Shown here piece after piece: positions 22,414 through 31,160 of a stretch of 32,000 nucleotides of DNA. The DNA comes from Desulfobulbus propionicus DSM 2032 (lineage in GTDB: Bacteria > Desulfobacterota > Desulfobulbia > Desulfobulbales > Desulfobulbaceae). Position 1 is the stretch's first letter, and each line of letters opens with the position of its first letter. The notes beneath the pieces are model-generated. The model made no database searches. It was not told the DNA's origin and was given only the letters and a program-made list of their open reading frames with translations. The stretch spans positions 870,001 to 902,000 of the forward strand of contig NC_014972.1 of assembly GCF_000186885.1 (NCBI RefSeq), in the 5' to 3' direction. Both the position numbers and the translations under genes were made by a program.

Positions 22414-22527
22414 ATGAAAGTACGTTCATCTGTTAAAAAAATATGCAGTGAATGCAAGATTTTAAAGCGAAAAGGTGTTGTTCGGGTTGCTTGTGCAAAT
22501 AAGAAACACAAGCAGCGTCAAGGATAA
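22414..22527 (+). CDS. rpmJ: 50S ribosomal protein L36, zinc-binding (C+) type, 37 aa; absent from ORF track because of size
   Basis: Direct translation [37 protein letters not shown], stop TAA; between infA and rpsM. Confidence 0.97.
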   Translation: MKVRSSVKKICSECKILKRKGVVRVACANKKHKQRQG

Positions 22528-22572
22528 TGTCACTTTAAAAATTTAGCAGGATTCTGACCAAGGAGTACAGAT

Positions 22573-22941
22573 TTGGCACGAATAGCTGGTGTGGATTTGC
22601 CACGCAACAAACATATGGACCGCGCTTTAACCTACATTTACGGAATCGGGTTAACTTCTGCTCGTCAAATTCTTGATAAGGCGGATTTGCCTTACCAGAT
22701 GAATAGCGATGATTTGAGTGCTGATGATGTAAACCGTATTCGAACCATAATTGAAAATAGTTATGTGGTCGAGGGGGATCGTCGGCGCGAGGTGTCTATG
22801 GATATCAAGCGTCTGATGGATCTTGGTTGCTACCGTGGGCGCCGGCATCGGAGAAGTCTGCCTGTTCGAGGGCAAAGGACAAAAACGAATGCGCGTACGC
22901 GTAAAGGGCCTCGACGGGGTGCTGCGGTACGGAAAAAATAA
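22573..22941 (+). CDS. rpsM: 30S ribosomal protein S13, 122 aa, TTG start
   Basis: [33 protein letters not shown]...[25 protein letters not shown]; AAGGAG SD upstream. Confidence 0.98.
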   Translation: MARIAGVDLPRNKHMDRALTYIYGIGLTSARQILDKADLPYQMNSDDLSADDVNRIRTIIENSYVVEGDRRREVSMDIKRLMDLGCYRGRRHRRSLPVRGQRTKTNARTRKGPRRGAAVRKK

Positions 22942-22990
22942 TTCTACTCTTCTGGAATCACTTTAGAAAGAGGAGTAATTAGGAGTCATT

Positions 22991-23389
22991 ATGGCAAAAG
23001 CGGGCAAGGTTGCGGCGAAGGTAAAGAAAAAAGATAAAAAAAATGTCACAGAGGGTATTATTTTTATTTATTCAACCTTTAACAACACAGTGGTGACGAT
23101 TTCCGATCGTCAGGGCAATGCACTGTCTTGGTCGAGTGCTGGAGTGCTTGGTTTTAAGGGGTCGAGGAAATCCACACCCTTTGCGGCCCAGAATGCATTG
23201 AATGATGCGGTGTTGAAAGCCAAAGAGCATGGCTTGCGTAAAGTGGAGGTCAGGGTCAAAGGCCCCGGTCCGGGTCGAGAGGCAGCATTACGAGCGCTGA
23301 CAACGGTTGATCTTGATGTGAGCCGTATTGTTGATGTCACCCCTCTTCCTCATAACGGCTGCAAGCCGCCCAAGCGACGCAGGGTTTAA
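22991..23389 (+). CDS. rpsK: 30S ribosomal protein S11, 132 aa
   Basis: [46 protein letters not shown]...[17 protein letters not shown]. Confidence 0.98.
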   Translation: MAKAGKVAAKVKKKDKKNVTEGIIFIYSTFNNTVVTISDRQGNALSWSSAGVLGFKGSRKSTPFAAQNALNDAVLKAKEHGLRKVEVRVKGPGPGREAALRALTTVDLDVSRIVDVTPLPHNGCKPPKRRRV

Positions 23390-23449
23390 CCTGATCTCTA
23401 ATTTAAACTAAATGTCATGACTTTATCGGTCATTCATTGGAGGTAAAAG

Positions 23450-24079
23450 TTGGCTAGATATACTGGTGCATCCTGCAGATTGTGCAGACGCGAAAACCTT
23501 AAAATGTTCCTCAAGGGAGATCGTTGTTATTCCGACAAATGCGCTTTCGAGCGCAGGTCCTTTGCTCCTGGTCAACACGGACAAAATCGTTTCCGTAAAG
23601 TTTCGGATTACGCTGTTCAGTTGCGTGAAAAGCAAAAGGTTAAGCAGATGTACGGCATGCTTGAAGCCCAATTTCGGCGCTATTTTGAGCGCGCTGAGCG
23701 GGCAAAGGGCGTTACTGGTGAAACGTTGCTTATTATGTTGGAAAGACGTTTGGATAATGTCCTTTATCGTAGCGGATTCGCCAGTTCACGAGATCAGGCT
23801 CGCCAGATGGTTCGCCATAACCTTTTCACCCTCAATGGAAAAAAAGTCAATATTCCTTCGCATCAAGTTAATGCTGGTGACATCATAGCGTTAAAAGAAA
23901 AATACCAGAAAAGTGAACAGGTCATTGACAACCTCGAAGGGGCTGTTCGCCGAGGTCTGCCAAGTTGGCTTGAGCTTGACCAAGCTAAGTTTCATTGTGC
24001 CGTCAAAGCGTTGCCTAACCGTGAAGAAATAACGATGCCCATACAGGAACAACTTATTGTTGAGTTGTATTCCAAATAA
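23450..24079 (+). CDS. rpsD: 30S ribosomal protein S4, 209 aa, TTG start
   Basis: [46 protein letters not shown]..., [41 protein letters not shown]. Confidence 0.98.
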   Translation: MARYTGASCRLCRRENLKMFLKGDRCYSDKCAFERRSFAPGQHGQNRFRKVSDYAVQLREKQKVKQMYGMLEAQFRRYFERAERAKGVTGETLLIMLERRLDNVLYRSGFASSRDQARQMVRHNLFTLNGKKVNIPSHQVNAGDIIALKEKYQKSEQVIDNLEGAVRRGLPSWLELDQAKFHCAVKALPNREEITMPIQEQLIVELYSK

Positions 24080-24100
24080 ATTTTTATCGTTAGGTATTGC

Positions 24101-25141
24101 ATGGCACAAGAAATTTTGGACGATAATCCTTTTTACAAGAATTGGCATAGCCTTATTAGTCCGGAAAAGTTAGAGGTTGATGAGGGGACACTCACCAGCC
24201 GATATGGAAAATTCGTTTGCCAACCTCTTGAGCGCGGTTTTGCCACTACTATCGGCAATTCGCTGCGCCGCATCATGCTTTCGTCCATCCGAGGGGCAGC
24301 GATCACTTCCGTCCGAATTGGGAATGCGTTGCACGAGTTCACCACTATCGACGGTGTGCATGAAGATGTTGCTGAAATCATATTGAATCTTAAACAGGTT
24401 CGATTGAAACTACATGGGCCAGAATCTCGGACCGTTGTCCTTGAAAAGAATGGTCCGGGTAGAGTGTTGGCTGGCGATATCAATGGCGGAGCTTATGTCG
24501 AAGTTATGAATCCTGAACTTGTTATTTGTACAGTGACAAGTGAGACCAATTTTCGTGCTGAGCTCGAAGTGCACTGGGGTAAGGGGTATGTACCGGCAGA
24601 GCAAAATAAAAAAGAAGGGCAATCTATAGGAGTTATTCCTATTGACGCTGCGTTCTCACCCATCATTCGGGTTCAATATGTTGTTAGCCAAGCCCGTGTA
24701 GGTCAGCAGACTGATTATGACCGCTTGACAATGGAAATCGAAACCGATGGAAGTGTTGAGCCGCAAAGTGCACTTGCCTATGCTGCCAAAATCTTGAAAG
24801 AGCAAATGACAATTTTTATCAATTTTAACGAAGAAATTGCCAAAGCACCTGATAGTTTGGATAGCGACGAAGACGGCAAAGCCTATCCACCGTTTCTTGA
24901 TAAAAATGTTGAAGATCTCGAACTGTCAGTTCGTTCTGCTAACTGTCTCAAAAATGCTCAAATTCAATATATCGGTCAGTTAGTCAACAAGACAGACGCT
25001 GAAATGTTGAAGACCAAAAATTTTGGGCGTAAATCTCTCAACGAAATAAAGGCGTTGCTTGCTGAGCATAATTTGACTCTCGGTATGAAATACGAGGGGT
25101 GGGTGGCTCCAGAAAAGCGCGAAGAAAAACTTGAGGAATGA
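24101..25141 (+). CDS. rpoA: DNA-directed RNA polymerase alpha subunit, 346 aa
   Basis: PLERGFATTIGNSLRRIMLSSIRGAAITSVRI, VQYVVSQARVGQQTDYDRLTMEIETDGSVEP, C-terminal domain ELSVRSANCLKNAQIQYIGQLV...KNFGRKSLNEIKALL. Confidence 0.98.
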   Translation: MAQEILDDNPFYKNWHSLISPEKLEVDEGTLTSRYGKFVCQPLERGFATTIGNSLRRIMLSSIRGAAITSVRIGNALHEFTTIDGVHEDVAEIILNLKQVRLKLHGPESRTVVLEKNGPGRVLAGDINGGAYVEVMNPELVICTVTSETNFRAELEVHWGKGYVPAEQNKKEGQSIGVIPIDAAFSPIIRVQYVVSQARVGQQTDYDRLTMEIETDGSVEPQSALAYAAKILKEQMTIFINFNEEIAKAPDSLDSDEDGKAYPPFLDKNVEDLELSVRSANCLKNAQIQYIGQLVNKTDAEMLKTKNFGRKSLNEIKALLAEHNLTLGMKYEGWVAPEKREEKLEE

Positions 25142-25192
25142 TTCTTCACCGCGAACCAATATTTTATATTGTAACGAAGAAAGGGTAATAGC

Positions 25193-25588
25193 ATGAGACA
25201 TAGAAAAGCAGGACGAAAATTAGGCCGCACGGCATCGCATCGTGATGCTATGTTGCGCAATATGGTCACATCGCTCCTTGAACAGGAACGAATCGTAACA
25301 ACAGTGACCAAAGCCAAAGAAGCACGACGAGTAACCGAACAGATGATTACACTGGGCAAGCGTGGGGACTTGCACGCACGTCGCCAGGCTTTAGCTTTTA
25401 TTCGTTCAAAAAGTATTGTTGCGAAATTATTTGATCAGCTGAGCAATCAATATGCTGAGCGTCAAGGTGGGTATACTCGAATTATTCGAACAGGGACACG
25501 GCTCGGTGACGCTGCGCCAATGGCCATTCTGGAACTTGTCGACTATCAAGATCTGGCGAACAACGCAACCGCCGAGCAAGAGCAATAG
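25193..25588 (+). CDS. rplQ: 50S ribosomal protein L17, 131 aa
   Basis: [58 protein letters not shown]. Confidence 0.98.
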   Translation: MRHRKAGRKLGRTASHRDAMLRNMVTSLLEQERIVTTVTKAKEARRVTEQMITLGKRGDLHARRQALAFIRSKSIVAKLFDQLSNQYAERQGGYTRIIRTGTRLGDAAPMAILELVDYQDLANNATAEQEQ

Positions 25589-25611
25589 TAATTTTGTTTT
25601 TGATGTTAAGT

Positions 25612-25650
25612 AAAGAGCTGGTGTGAGTAATCATACCAGCTCTTTTTTTT
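25612..25650 (+). terminator. Strong Rho-independent terminator: 15-bp stem, GUAA loop, 8-T run
   Basis: AAAGAGCTGGTGTGA (25612-25626) pairs with TCATACCAGCTCTTT (25631-25645) with one G-U; loop GTAA; T-run 25643-25650. Confidence 0.92.
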
Positions 25651-25665
25651 CATTTGTACTGAGTA

Positions 25666-26430
25666 ATGGATATTGAAAATCATCTTCTGCCCGGGCGAAC
25701 AACCATAGAAAACGGTAGATTTCAATTTCACTGTCATTCACGGGTGAGTTGTTATCTTCATTGTTGCCATAACGTTGATATGTTGCTTTTCCCGTATGAT
25801 ATTATTTTATTAAAAGAATATCTGGCTATCAACTCTACCGAATTTATTGAACGTTTTACTTCTATTACTGCAGGAAGCCATCCTTTTTTTCCTAGTCTCA
25901 AGCTAAAAATGCGCGAAAATGTTGAACGGTCTTGCCCTTTCTTAGGAGAACAGGGATGTTCCGTTTATGTCAACCGCCCTTCTGCCTGCCGCACATATCC
26001 TCTTGAGCGTGGTGTCGAAAATCCAGGAAAAGGAAAGTCTCTTAAGGCTCATTATTTTTTGACGCATCACCCGTATTGCAAGGGGCACCTCGAGTCACGA
26101 AGTTACACAATTTCACAGTGGGAACGCGATCAAAATTTGTATGACTGCAACATGTATAACGATTTATGGGCCGAGCTCGATGCCTTTTTTGCCACCAATC
26201 CTTGGGCCGGCGAAGGAAAGGCGGGTCCGTATCAGCGGCTAGCCTTTATGGTGTGTTATGATATTGACAGATTTCGTTCGTACGTCGAAACTCACCAATT
26301 ATTGAATGGTTTTCATTTGCGTAAAGATGAGGTTAAGCGAATTAATAAAAATGATGGTGCCCTGCTCCAGTTTGGCTTTCGCTGGCTTGAATTTATCTTG
26401 GGAGGGCGGAAGTTACTGGTCAAAAAATAG
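25666..26430 (+). CDS. YkgJ/CxxCxxCC-family (UPF0153-like) cysteine-cluster protein, putative metal-binding, function unknown
   Basis: N-terminal FHCHSRVSCYLHCCHNVDMLLFPYDIILLKEYL; internal CPFLGEQGCSVYVNRPSACRTYPL typical of the family; 254 aa, ATG start. Confidence 0.8.
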   Translation: MDIENHLLPGRTTIENGRFQFHCHSRVSCYLHCCHNVDMLLFPYDIILLKEYLAINSTEFIERFTSITAGSHPFFPSLKLKMRENVERSCPFLGEQGCSVYVNRPSACRTYPLERGVENPGKGKSLKAHYFLTHHPYCKGHLESRSYTISQWERDQNLYDCNMYNDLWAELDAFFATNPWAGEGKAGPYQRLAFMVCYDIDRFRSYVETHQLLNGFHLRKDEVKRINKNDGALLQFGFRWLEFILGGRKLLVKK

Positions 26431-26474
26431 CGTGTTCATTGTGGTGAGCCTTTACCCTTGAGAAGAGGGTAGAC

Positions 26475-26503
26475 TTGAAAATCTTATTGAGTAATGCTAA
26501 AAT
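26475..26503 (+). promoter_or_regulatory. Candidate sigma70-type promoter upstream of rpsB: TTGAAA-17 nt-TAAAAT
   Basis: TTGAAA 26475-26480 (5/6), 17-nt spacer, TAAAAT 26498-26503 (5/6). Confidence 0.6.
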
Positions 26504-26640
26504 AAAAAATTTTATTTACGGAGCCATGCAGCTACGCGTGGCCCCAATTACGCACATCCCGTCTCAACCATTGGTGTTTCATATCGCGTATGAAATCGGT
26601 TCGAGGGATGGAGGACATAACCAAAAAGAGGAGAATGTAC

Positions 26641-27417
26641 ATGGCAGCAGTTACTATGCGGCAAATGCTTGAAGCCGGTCTTCATTTCGGCCATCAGACA
26701 AGACGGTGGAATCCCAAGATGAAGCCTTATATCTACGGTCCCCGGAACGGCATTTATATTGTTAATCTCGACATCACCATGAAGCTTTTCAAGAAGGCAT
26801 ATGGTGCCATGGTCGAGGCGGTGACCAATGGAGGGTCTGTGCTTTTTGTATGCACCAAGCGTCAAGGGCAAGCAATTATCAAAGAAGAGGCTGAGCGATG
26901 TGGCATGTACTATATCAATCATCGCTGGCTTGGCGGTATGTTGACCAACTTTCAAACCATTAAGCACTCGGTTGATCGGTTGAAAAAGATTGAATCGATG
27001 CAAGCCGATGGAACCATCAACCGCTTTCCCAAGAAAGAGGTTCTGCAGATGGAAAAGGAACGGGTCAAGCTTGATCGCAATATCGGTGGGATAAAAAATA
27101 TGCGAACCTTGCCCGATGTTTTATTTGTCATCGATCCCAAGAAGGAAGATATCGCCGTTGGTGAGGCCGTTAAACTTGGTATACCTGTGATTGCGTTGAC
27201 TGATACCAACTGCGATCCAGACGGTATTAATTATGTCATTCCCGGTAATGACGATGCTATCCGGGCAATTAAATTGATTTCTTCCATGATGGCTGAAGCT
27301 ATCATGGAAGGGAAATCGCGGCGCGGTGAAGAAGCTGAAGCCAACCTCAATGAGCTCGAAGCTTCCATGAGTGCGGGAGTGGAAGAAGAACTCGCCGAAA
27401 AAATGGAAGAAGAATAA
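26641..27417 (+). CDS. rpsB: 30S ribosomal protein S2, 258 aa
   Basis: [62 protein letters not shown]-like [31 protein letters not shown]; GAGGAG SD upstream; ATG 26641 preferred over the track start 26590. Confidence 0.97.
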   Translation: MAAVTMRQMLEAGLHFGHQTRRWNPKMKPYIYGPRNGIYIVNLDITMKLFKKAYGAMVEAVTNGGSVLFVCTKRQGQAIIKEEAERCGMYYINHRWLGGMLTNFQTIKHSVDRLKKIESMQADGTINRFPKKEVLQMEKERVKLDRNIGGIKNMRTLPDVLFVIDPKKEDIAVGEAVKLGIPVIALTDTNCDPDGINYVIPGNDDAIRAIKLISSMMAEAIMEGKSRRGEEAEANLNELEASMSAGVEEELAEKMEEE

Positions 27418-27456
27418 GTTTCGGGTCTGCGGATAATTCAGCGGCCTTCCTGACCT

Positions 27457-27495
27457 AGACCGACATGGCAGTCCAAGGCTGTTGTGTCGGTCTTT
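27457..27495 (+). promoter_or_regulatory. Long hairpin in the rpsB-tsf spacer (possible attenuator/processing site)
   Basis: AGACCGACA (27457-27465) pairs perfectly with TGTCGGTCT (27485-27493); inner arm TGGCAG/CTGTTG continues the pairing with wobbles; followed by TT. Confidence 0.6.
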
Positions 27496-27563
27496 CCGTG
27501 TATTGCCTCATATTAGTTGATTTGCAGGGTTGCGACCCTGCGATACGATAAGGAGTGTGTAAC

Positions 27564-28154
27564 GTGACTATTACAAGCCAGATGGTAAAAGAACTTCGTG
27601 ATAAAACCAACGCCGGTATGATGGACTGCAAGAAAGCTCTGACGGAAACCGGCGGAGATATGGAAAAAGCAGTCGATTTGTTGCGGCAGAAAGGCTTGGC
27701 CGTGGCGGCCAAACGCGCTGGTCGTGAAACCAAGGAAGGGGTTGTTGAGTGCTATATCCATGCTGGCGGCAAACTCGGTGTTATGGTTGAAGTTGGCTGT
27801 GAAACCGATTTTGTCGCAAAGACCGATGATTTCAAAGCGTTCGCCAAGAACATAGCCATGCATATTGCGGCGGCCAATCCCGTGTCGGTCACCCGTGAAG
27901 ATGTCCCACCGGAAATTTTGCAGCGTGAAAAGGATATCTATGTCAACCAAGCCCTGGAATCCGGCAAGCCGCAACAGATTGTTGAAAAGATGGTTGGTGG
28001 CAAGATTGAGAAATATTTGGCCGAGGTTTGTCTCATGGAGCAGAAATATGTTAAAAATCCCGATCTCAGCGTTCAGGATCTGCTGAACGAACTGGTTGCT
28101 AAAATGGGTGAAAATATCTCTATCAAGAAATTTGCCCGATTCCAGATTGGTTGA
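27564..28154 (+). CDS. tsf: Elongation factor Ts, short form, 196 aa, GTG start
   Basis: VTITSQMVKELRDKTNAGMMDCKKALTETGGDMEKAVDLLRQKG, GVMVEVGCETDFVAKTDDF; AGGAG SD at 27551. Confidence 0.97.
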   Translation: MTITSQMVKELRDKTNAGMMDCKKALTETGGDMEKAVDLLRQKGLAVAAKRAGRETKEGVVECYIHAGGKLGVMVEVGCETDFVAKTDDFKAFAKNIAMHIAAANPVSVTREDVPPEILQREKDIYVNQALESGKPQQIVEKMVGGKIEKYLAEVCLMEQKYVKNPDLSVQDLLNELVAKMGENISIKKFARFQIG

Positions 28155-28186
28155 TAGCTTCCTCCGGTCTCTAGGGTTGATTCAAT

Positions 28187-28218
28187 GGGATATCTCGATA
28201 TCCCCATGATTGGGGATA
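28187..28218 (+). promoter_or_regulatory. Overlapping alternative hairpins upstream of pyrH
   Basis: GGGATAT(28187-28193)/ATATCCC(28198-28204) and TATCCCCA(28199-28206)/TGGGGATA(28211-28218) share the TATCCC segment and cannot coexist. Confidence 0.55.
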
Positions 28219-28237
28219 AGTCGTGGAGGACGGCGGA

Positions 28238-28945
28238 ATGAAGTTCAAGCGCGTATTGTTGAAGATCAGCGGTGAAGCCTTAATGGGAGATAAACCTTAT
28301 GGCATCAGCACCGAGGTCATTAAATTCGTGTCGCAGGAAATCCAGGCATTGCACAATCTCAAAATTGAACTCGCCCTAGTGATCGGTGCCGGCAATATTT
28401 TTCGGGGGGTGGCTGGCGCGGCCAGTGGTATGGATCGAAGTTCCGCGGACAACATGGGCATGTTGGGCACGGTGATGAATTCCTTGGCTGTTCAGGATGG
28501 CTTGGAAAATCTCGACATCCCAACGAAGGTCATGTCGGCCATCACCATGCTGAATGTTTGCGAGACGTATGAACGGTTGAAGGCCCTTGACTATCTCGAA
28601 AACAAGCAAGTGGTGATTTTTGCCGCTGGTACCGGCAACCCCTATTTCACCACCGATACCGCTGCGGTGCTCCGGGCTCTTGAGATCAAGGCGGATGTAA
28701 TCATGAAGGCGACCCGGGTCGATGGGGTGTACGATCGCGATCCGGAAAAAGATCCCAACGCGGTGCGGTACCATACCCTTACGTTTTCAACGGTTTTACG
28801 CGACGACCTGCGGATCATGGACGCTGCGGGAATTTCCCTTGCCCGAGACAATAACCTGCCCATTTTTGTCTTTGACATGACCAAACCAGGAAACATTGTC
28901 AAAGCGGTGATGGGCGAAGATGTTGGGACGCTGATTACCAATTAG
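28238..28945 (+). CDS. pyrH: Uridylate kinase, 235 aa
   Basis: FKRVLLKISGEALMGDKPYGI, VIGAGNIFRG, MDRSSADNMGMLGTVMNSLAVQDGLE, FAAGTGNPYFTTDTAA; GGAGGA SD. Confidence 0.98.
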   Translation: MKFKRVLLKISGEALMGDKPYGISTEVIKFVSQEIQALHNLKIELALVIGAGNIFRGVAGAASGMDRSSADNMGMLGTVMNSLAVQDGLENLDIPTKVMSAITMLNVCETYERLKALDYLENKQVVIFAAGTGNPYFTTDTAAVLRALEIKADVIMKATRVDGVYDRDPEKDPNAVRYHTLTFSTVLRDDLRIMDAAGISLARDNNLPIFVFDMTKPGNIVKAVMGEDVGTLITN

Positions 28946-29034
28946 CGCCGGCCTCTGATGGGTATTTCTTTCCGGAAAGAGATTGTTTTAACTTTTCATG
29001 TCAACAGCAACCGCATGATGCTGACGAGGAAGAT

Positions 29035-29592
29035 ATGTCGACAAAGATTATTGATCAGTTGAGAGAAAAGATGACCGCAAGCAGCGAGGCCCTGAAACGC
29101 GATCTGGTGAAGATCAGGACGGGAAGGGCAAGCCTTTCATTGCTCGATGGAATCAAAGTCAATGCCTACGGCTCGCAAATGTCCCTCGATCAGGTTGGTA
29201 CCTTGACCATTCCCGAGAACAATATGATCGCGATCAAACCCTGGGATCCGCAGGTCTTGCCCGCCATTGAAAAGGCGATTCTCGCCTCGGGGTTGGGGTT
29301 GACCCCGGCAAGTGACGGCAATGTGGTCCGTTTGACCATCCCACCTCTTACCGGGGAGCGACGCAAGGAACTGGTTAAGCAGGTCAAGAAGATAGGGGAG
29401 GAGTATAAGGTCGCCATTCGCAATATTCGTCGAGATGCCATTGAAACCTTGAAAAAGATGAAAAAGGACAAGGAACTCTCAGAAGATGAGTTGTTCCGTC
29501 TGCAGGAAGAGGCGCAGAAGGTAACGGATGGCTATATCGGACAGATTGACGAAATCACCGGCGGCAAAGAAAAGGAAGTGATGGCGGTCTGA
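29035..29592 (+). CDS. frr: Ribosome recycling factor, 185 aa
   Basis: KIRTGRASLSLLDGIKVNAYGSQMSLDQVGTLTIPENNMIAIKPWD, IRNIRRDAIETLKKMKKDKELSEDE. Confidence 0.98.
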   Translation: MSTKIIDQLREKMTASSEALKRDLVKIRTGRASLSLLDGIKVNAYGSQMSLDQVGTLTIPENNMIAIKPWDPQVLPAIEKAILASGLGLTPASDGNVVRLTIPPLTGERRKELVKQVKKIGEEYKVAIRNIRRDAIETLKKMKKDKELSEDELFRLQEEAQKVTDGYIGQIDEITGGKEKEVMAV

Positions 29593-29609
29593 TCTCGTCT
29601 GCTTTCGCC

Positions 29610-30359
29610 ATGTCATCCGTGGTCACTCAAGAACAGCTCTCCCTCATCCCTCGCCATGTGGCCATTATAATGGATGGCAATGGCCGCTGGGCGGAGGAGC
29701 GACACCGGCCGCGACTGTACGGCCATAAGGCAGGGGTAGAATCGGTACGTGCTGTCGTTGAGACTGCGCGCTCCATCGGATTGGAAGTCCTCACCCTCTA
29801 TGCCTTTTCGACGGAGAATTGGAACCGTCCGTCGACCGAGGTCAATGGCCTGATGGGGTTGCTCAAGAGCTATCTCCAAGCGGAGTTGCGAACTATGCTC
29901 AGCAACGATATCCGCCTCCATTGCCTGGGACAGCAGGATCGCCTGCCAAGCGACGTACGTGCCATCCTCCAGCAAACCATCGATGAAACACGGTGCTGTC
30001 AGGGCATGATCCTGAACCTGGCCCTGAGTTATGGCGGCCGCAGCGAAATTGTCGGGGCGGCGAGGGAGCTAGCCCGACAATGCCAGCAAGGGCGATTGGA
30101 TTGGCAGGACATCTCCGAGAGTACTCTCGGCGAGTATCTGTTCACCGCTGGTCAATCCGATCCCGATTTGCTGATTCGTACCGGGGGTGAACATCGCCTG
30201 TCCAATTTCCTTCTTTGGCAGGCCTCCTACGCGGAACTGTATTTTACCGAGGTCAAGTGGCCTGATTTCAGGAAGGAACAATTCTTGGAAGCCATCCAAA
30301 CATTTCAGCACCGACAGCGACGTTTTGGCAAAACCGGTGCACAACTGCAGGCAGAGTAG
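29610..30359 (+). CDS. uppS: Undecaprenyl (isoprenyl) diphosphate synthase, 249 aa
   Basis: HVAIIMDGNGRWAEERHRPRLYGHKAG, LYAFSTENWNRP, PDLLIRTGGEHRLSNFLLWQASYAELYF. Confidence 0.96.
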   Translation: MSSVVTQEQLSLIPRHVAIIMDGNGRWAEERHRPRLYGHKAGVESVRAVVETARSIGLEVLTLYAFSTENWNRPSTEVNGLMGLLKSYLQAELRTMLSNDIRLHCLGQQDRLPSDVRAILQQTIDETRCCQGMILNLALSYGGRSEIVGAARELARQCQQGRLDWQDISESTLGEYLFTAGQSDPDLLIRTGGEHRLSNFLLWQASYAELYFTEVKWPDFRKEQFLEAIQTFQHRQRRFGKTGAQLQAE

Positions 30360-30365
30360 GCCGCG

Positions 30366-31160
30366 ATGAATCGTGTGATCCCAGGGGTGCTCATGGCCGT
30401 CGGCTGGGTGCTTCTGCTTTTTTGGGGCTCGGCTGCATTGTTTTGGGGGGTAGGGGTCTGCGGAGCCGGTATCGCCCTCCACGAGTATTTTCGCATGACC
30501 TGTCCCACCTTGACAGGTCCCCGTCTTGCGACAACGCTGTTGCTTTCCCTGTTGCCGGTTCTTGCCGCGCTGTCCGGTTCGGGCGAGGCTGTCTTGGCCG
30601 CTCTGGTGGCCAGCCTCATGGCGATCGTCGCGATGGCTCTTCACGGATATACCGTTATTCCGGATGTGTTTCGTTACCTCTGTGTCAGCGGTTTTGCCAG
30701 TCTTTATATCGCGGTCTGTCTGGCCCATGTGGTGCTCATTCGCTTTCTGCCCCAGGGGCCCTTCTGGTTGATCTTGCTGATCGCCATTGTCGCCGGTTCT
30801 GATACCGGTGCCTATTACGCCGGCAAGACATTTGGCAAACGCAAACTTTTCCCGCAAATTAGCCCGAAGAAGACCATAGCCGGTGGCGTGGGCGGTCTTG
30901 TTTTCGGTATTGCCGCCGCCGAGGGCATCAACCTGCTGTTTCCCGAGAAAACCGACCCCCTCCTGCTTCTCCCAGTGGCCGCCCTGCTCATCGTGGTGGG
31001 CATTGTCGGTGATCTGACCGAATCGATGATTAAACGCTCGGTGGGCGTCAAGGATTCGGGCACCATTCTTCTTGGTCACGGCGGATTGCTCGATCGCATT
31101 GACAGCTTGTTGCTTACCGGGCCCGTGCTTTACTACTTGCTCCGCTTGGGCGTGCTTTGA
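30366..31160 (+). CDS. cdsA: Phosphatidate cytidylyltransferase (CDP-diglyceride synthase), 264 aa
   Basis: Multi-TM; [38 protein letters not shown]; C-terminal signature [35 protein letters not shown]. Confidence 0.94.
   Translation: MNRVIPGVLMAVGWVLLLFWGSAALFWGVGVCGAGIALHEYFRMTCPTLTGPRLATTLLLSLLPVLAALSGSGEAVLAALVASLMAIVAMALHGYTVIPDVFRYLCVSGFASLYIAVCLAHVVLIRFLPQGPFWLILLIAIVAGSDTGAYYAGKTFGKRKLFPQISPKKTIAGGVGGLVFGIAAAEGINLLFPEKTDPLLLLPVAALLIVVGIVGDLTESMIKRSVGVKDSGTILLGHGGLLDRIDSLLLTGPVLYYLLRLGVL

Noticed and set aside
22528-22572. Possible S4-type alpha-operon pseudoknot upstream of rpsM
   Set aside because: The rpmJ-rpsM gap is short and I could not identify the required nested pairings by eye. 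A covariance-model search would be needed.
26453-26471. TACCCT-TGAGAAG-AGGGTA hairpin after the YkgJ-like gene as a terminator
   Set aside because: Only a 6-bp stem with a 7-nt loop and no following T-run; it abuts the rpsB -35 element. Too weak to call a terminator.
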